DNA of 64,000 nt, taken from positions 1-64,000 of IMG/VR virus record IMGVR_UViG_3300020195_000009; one strand, given 5' to 3'. The position numbers were made by a program, and so were the translations under genes. The notes under the pieces are model-generated. The model ran no database searches. It saw only the letters and a list, made by a program, of their open reading frames with translations, and was not told the DNA's origin. Below are positions 62,801 to 64,000 of the stretch, piece by piece (position 1 is the stretch's first letter; every line of letters begins with the position of its first letter).

Positions 62801-63326
62801 TATTCTCGTTGATCCTGTAATACCCGCTCGTACCCCCAGGGGTAACAGAGGCGTAAAAGTTAAATCCAACAAAGTTGTTCCCGGTGGGCCCACCCGCCGA
62901 CCCAAGCACATCGCGAGGGATCGCCGCAAGAATGTCCACAGCATCACGGCGACGATGTACTCGAATCCCAGATGGTGGGTCGACCGTAGCGATGTCCGCC
63001 GCTCGAACCTTGGTGACTTTGACGGATGATGCCCCGCTCACTCCTCCAATGATGTCGATCGTTCGGATGAGGATGGTGTTGACGCCAGGCTCCAGAATGA
63101 GCCCCGTCGGGTAGCTGTCTGGGTTCGGGATCGTAAAGGCTGGGAGATCAAATTTCACCAACGTGGGGTCAGAGACGAACGCACCCCCGTTGACCGAAAT
63201 TTGAATGTCCGCCGTGCTGACGTCTACCAGACCCTCGATGAAGATGGCCTCCTGGTTCGTTGTGAACGTCAATGTCTGAGTGAACCCAGACCCATCTCTC
63301 AGTGCTATTTGCGGTGCGAAGGCCAT
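59868..63326 (-). CDS. Baseplate J-like wedge protein with a long N-terminal extension
   Basis: PGSTTRD, DKLAGN...R...AVGQAVF, VPSGT, GNRPAGQI, NTEATVFGNDRESNADL..R, GTEGGY, GKVDIWV. Confidence 0.85.
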   Translation of the reverse strand: MAFAPQIALRDGSGFTQTLTFTTNQEAIFIEGLVDVSTADIQISVNGGAFVSDPTLVKFDLPAFTIPNPDSYPTGLILEPGVNTILIRTIDIIGGVSGASSVKVTKVRAADIATVDPPSGIRVHRRRDAVDILAAIPRDVLGSAGGPTGNNFVGFNFYASVTPGGTSGYYRINENIVTASSDVFEEDLFEIGADSVVWATESRDFVRVRVSEEDSFGNELGVRLDRKYSAIEFTNDLKFSATLQDRTLTKFITFRHIRSGGAGILNEDQFNNVSDADPIFYVVTGVYFDSSTSIEIESPFSQEVLGAPLTIDTAIRDLPGRTQFNVTADFITAIQRVNQEISLVPGSTTRDVSVDPFSSEAERLYFLLDFVHRAQSFLTLIQIDDTNNDGVSDPVEASAYKTALRAALGFTSNTAVQGLIDSAFDKLAGNASKKRLPGRPAVGQAVFYTTSKPLFDVPVPSGTLLATDADATLGVPSVRFRVGGTFILSAANADAFFNFDTKRYELVVDIVAETIGDAGNRPAGQIKSAQGVSGLLVTNTEATVFGNDRESNADLAVRAMLGFISVDTGTEGGYASTTAEQIGVLKAKVIKSGDALMMRDYDDVRRKHIGGKVDIWVQGLRERQVTEKFAFTFEVARDIQCQILDLTNLIFRVQDSRVSPTTPITEILDNIGQSLGVRNVTQGLDYDLTGVTLVDYQTFKLNPLLSGQPVTGIDDVITADYRFRTLNQFKFTFQPVRRVVSVVGEISGTLNSTLGYDLYKIEDPLLEGESTIAGDFLSINQVGGIPSGDSITVNDEQHVLIGFIEEPLLSIGINTKTIRVFNADRSIEYDSPDTTVPDYEIIDGTSTTPVRLVRTSSSDIPNGATVSIDYVHDENFTVNYVINDLLQQLQRTINARRHTTADVIVKQSVQNSVEVETTVQLLPGATRDKADPDIRSNVSIELNRRLIGQGIAQSDLINTVDSTGGVDFQVIPLARMAYADGSRKLRESLSTANVHTSSLDIGGNQVFLLTSALRFPTTDGGGLITEHKGVFQDDEPLTLAESLTAVATGPNQAFIIGSGGASIIGYTDTPTLVADGFVTLASQEAELLRRTANHIVISLSGTDLPPDEPTNHVYAASYVIRGDSGTKDITSSGVEFVDLGNFTITFREATAR

Positions 63327-63327
63327 G

Positions 63328-64000
63328 TCAGCTCACTAGAGTGAAGTCACGGAGGGTTTGCCGGAACACGCCCTCTAGCTGCGTGGAACCAAGAAGGTCT
63401 TCAGGTTGGGGCAAACGGATCCCTCTTGTTAGTTGAAGAGCCTGTAGAGAACGGCTCTGCACCTCTAGGTTGACGAAGATCACGGTCGGGTCTTGCTGGC
63501 TCTGGTCCAGCGTCACTGAGACCAACCTAAAGGGAAATTCTCCATCCTCCACGAACTGGCCGACTGCTTCTTCTTGTTGCCGCTTGATCGATTGCCAGCG
63601 ACCAAAGGTCGTGTAGATGTCCGAAGTGATGGCGTTCTGGACGATCCCCCTAGCAGACAACTTCTGCCCGATCTGTTCCACAATGGTGGCCCCGTACCAC
63701 GGATGAAAAGGGTTGGACCCTCGAACTGTATAGAAGACCTTCTGGAGTTCCTGGATGAGGAGAGCTTCTTGTCGGACCTCAGCTACCGACCCGTTCGTCC
63801 CATAACGCCAGTCGTTCTCCACCCCAACCCCACCGCACCGTCGGCACTCCTGCCGGACGGTCGTGTAGTTGATCTCTGCGTAATCATTGAAACCACGGAG
63901 GGGGGAGTCGAAGATAATCTGACGGACGGGACGATCCAGCTCCGTGTTGGGATCGTTCACAAGCGTCCAACCTGGAGCAACCTCCTGCCCTCGAAACACA
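63328..64000 (-). CDS. Baseplate gp25/GPW-like protein (probably partial at the right edge)
   Basis: GSNPFHPWYGATIVEQIG...ITSDI...LVSV...DPTVIFVNLEVQS. Confidence 0.75.
   Translation of the reverse strand, partial: VFRGQEVAPGWTLVNDPNTELDRPVRQIIFDSPLRGFNDYAEINYTTVRQECRRCGGVGVENDWRYGTNGSVAEVRQEALLIQELQKVFYTVRGSNPFHPWYGATIVEQIGQKLSARGIVQNAITSDIYTTFGRWQSIKRQQEEAVGQFVEDGEFPFRLVSVTLDQSQQDPTVIFVNLEVQSRSLQALQLTRGIRLPQPEDLLGSTQLEGVFRQTLRDFTLVS

Noticed and set aside
1-64000. CRISPR array, tRNA or rRNA genes
   Set aside because: No regularly spaced repeats or cloverleaf/rRNA signatures were seen; intergenic gaps are mostly under 100 nt. A tRNAscan-SE run would be decisive.

Overview
This window is a gene-dense, GC-rich (about 60% by eye) segment of a large tailed phage genome. 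It is a contractile-tail (myovirus-type) phage and probably a jumbo phage; size and host are inferences. Almost all genes lie on the minus strand, apart from a three-gene plus-strand island at 3314-4893. Bases 1-31 kb hold nucleotide-metabolism and replication genes: MazG-like, RNase HII, DHFR, ThyA, deoxynucleotidase, HU, RecA-like, family A DNA polymerase, CHC2 zinc-finger, DnaB-like and SNF2. The same stretch carries a proteostasis-like cluster (J-domain protein, ClpX, zincin peptidase, C-N hydrolase) and an AAA/DUF1257/DUF2997 trio. Bases 31-33.4 kb hold membrane proteins, and 33.4-64 kb hold baseplate, tail-fibre and tailspike genes. The most interesting observations are as follows. (1) Four clustered, otherwise unrelated proteins share an R-V-x-x-(R/K)-(F/Y) peptide motif, a candidate capsid-targeting or processing signal. 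(2) A (C)GGTGTA DNA motif sits just upstream of 14 non-structural genes and was not seen before structural genes, which instead share a looser T-rich motif. (3) The phage ClpX keeps its ClpP-docking loop but has lost the RKH loop. (4) Several homing-endonuclease remnants are present, one of them in frame behind a single TAG. No tRNA, rRNA, CRISPR array, intein or intron was recognised. All family calls come from motif recognition by eye; no database search was run.
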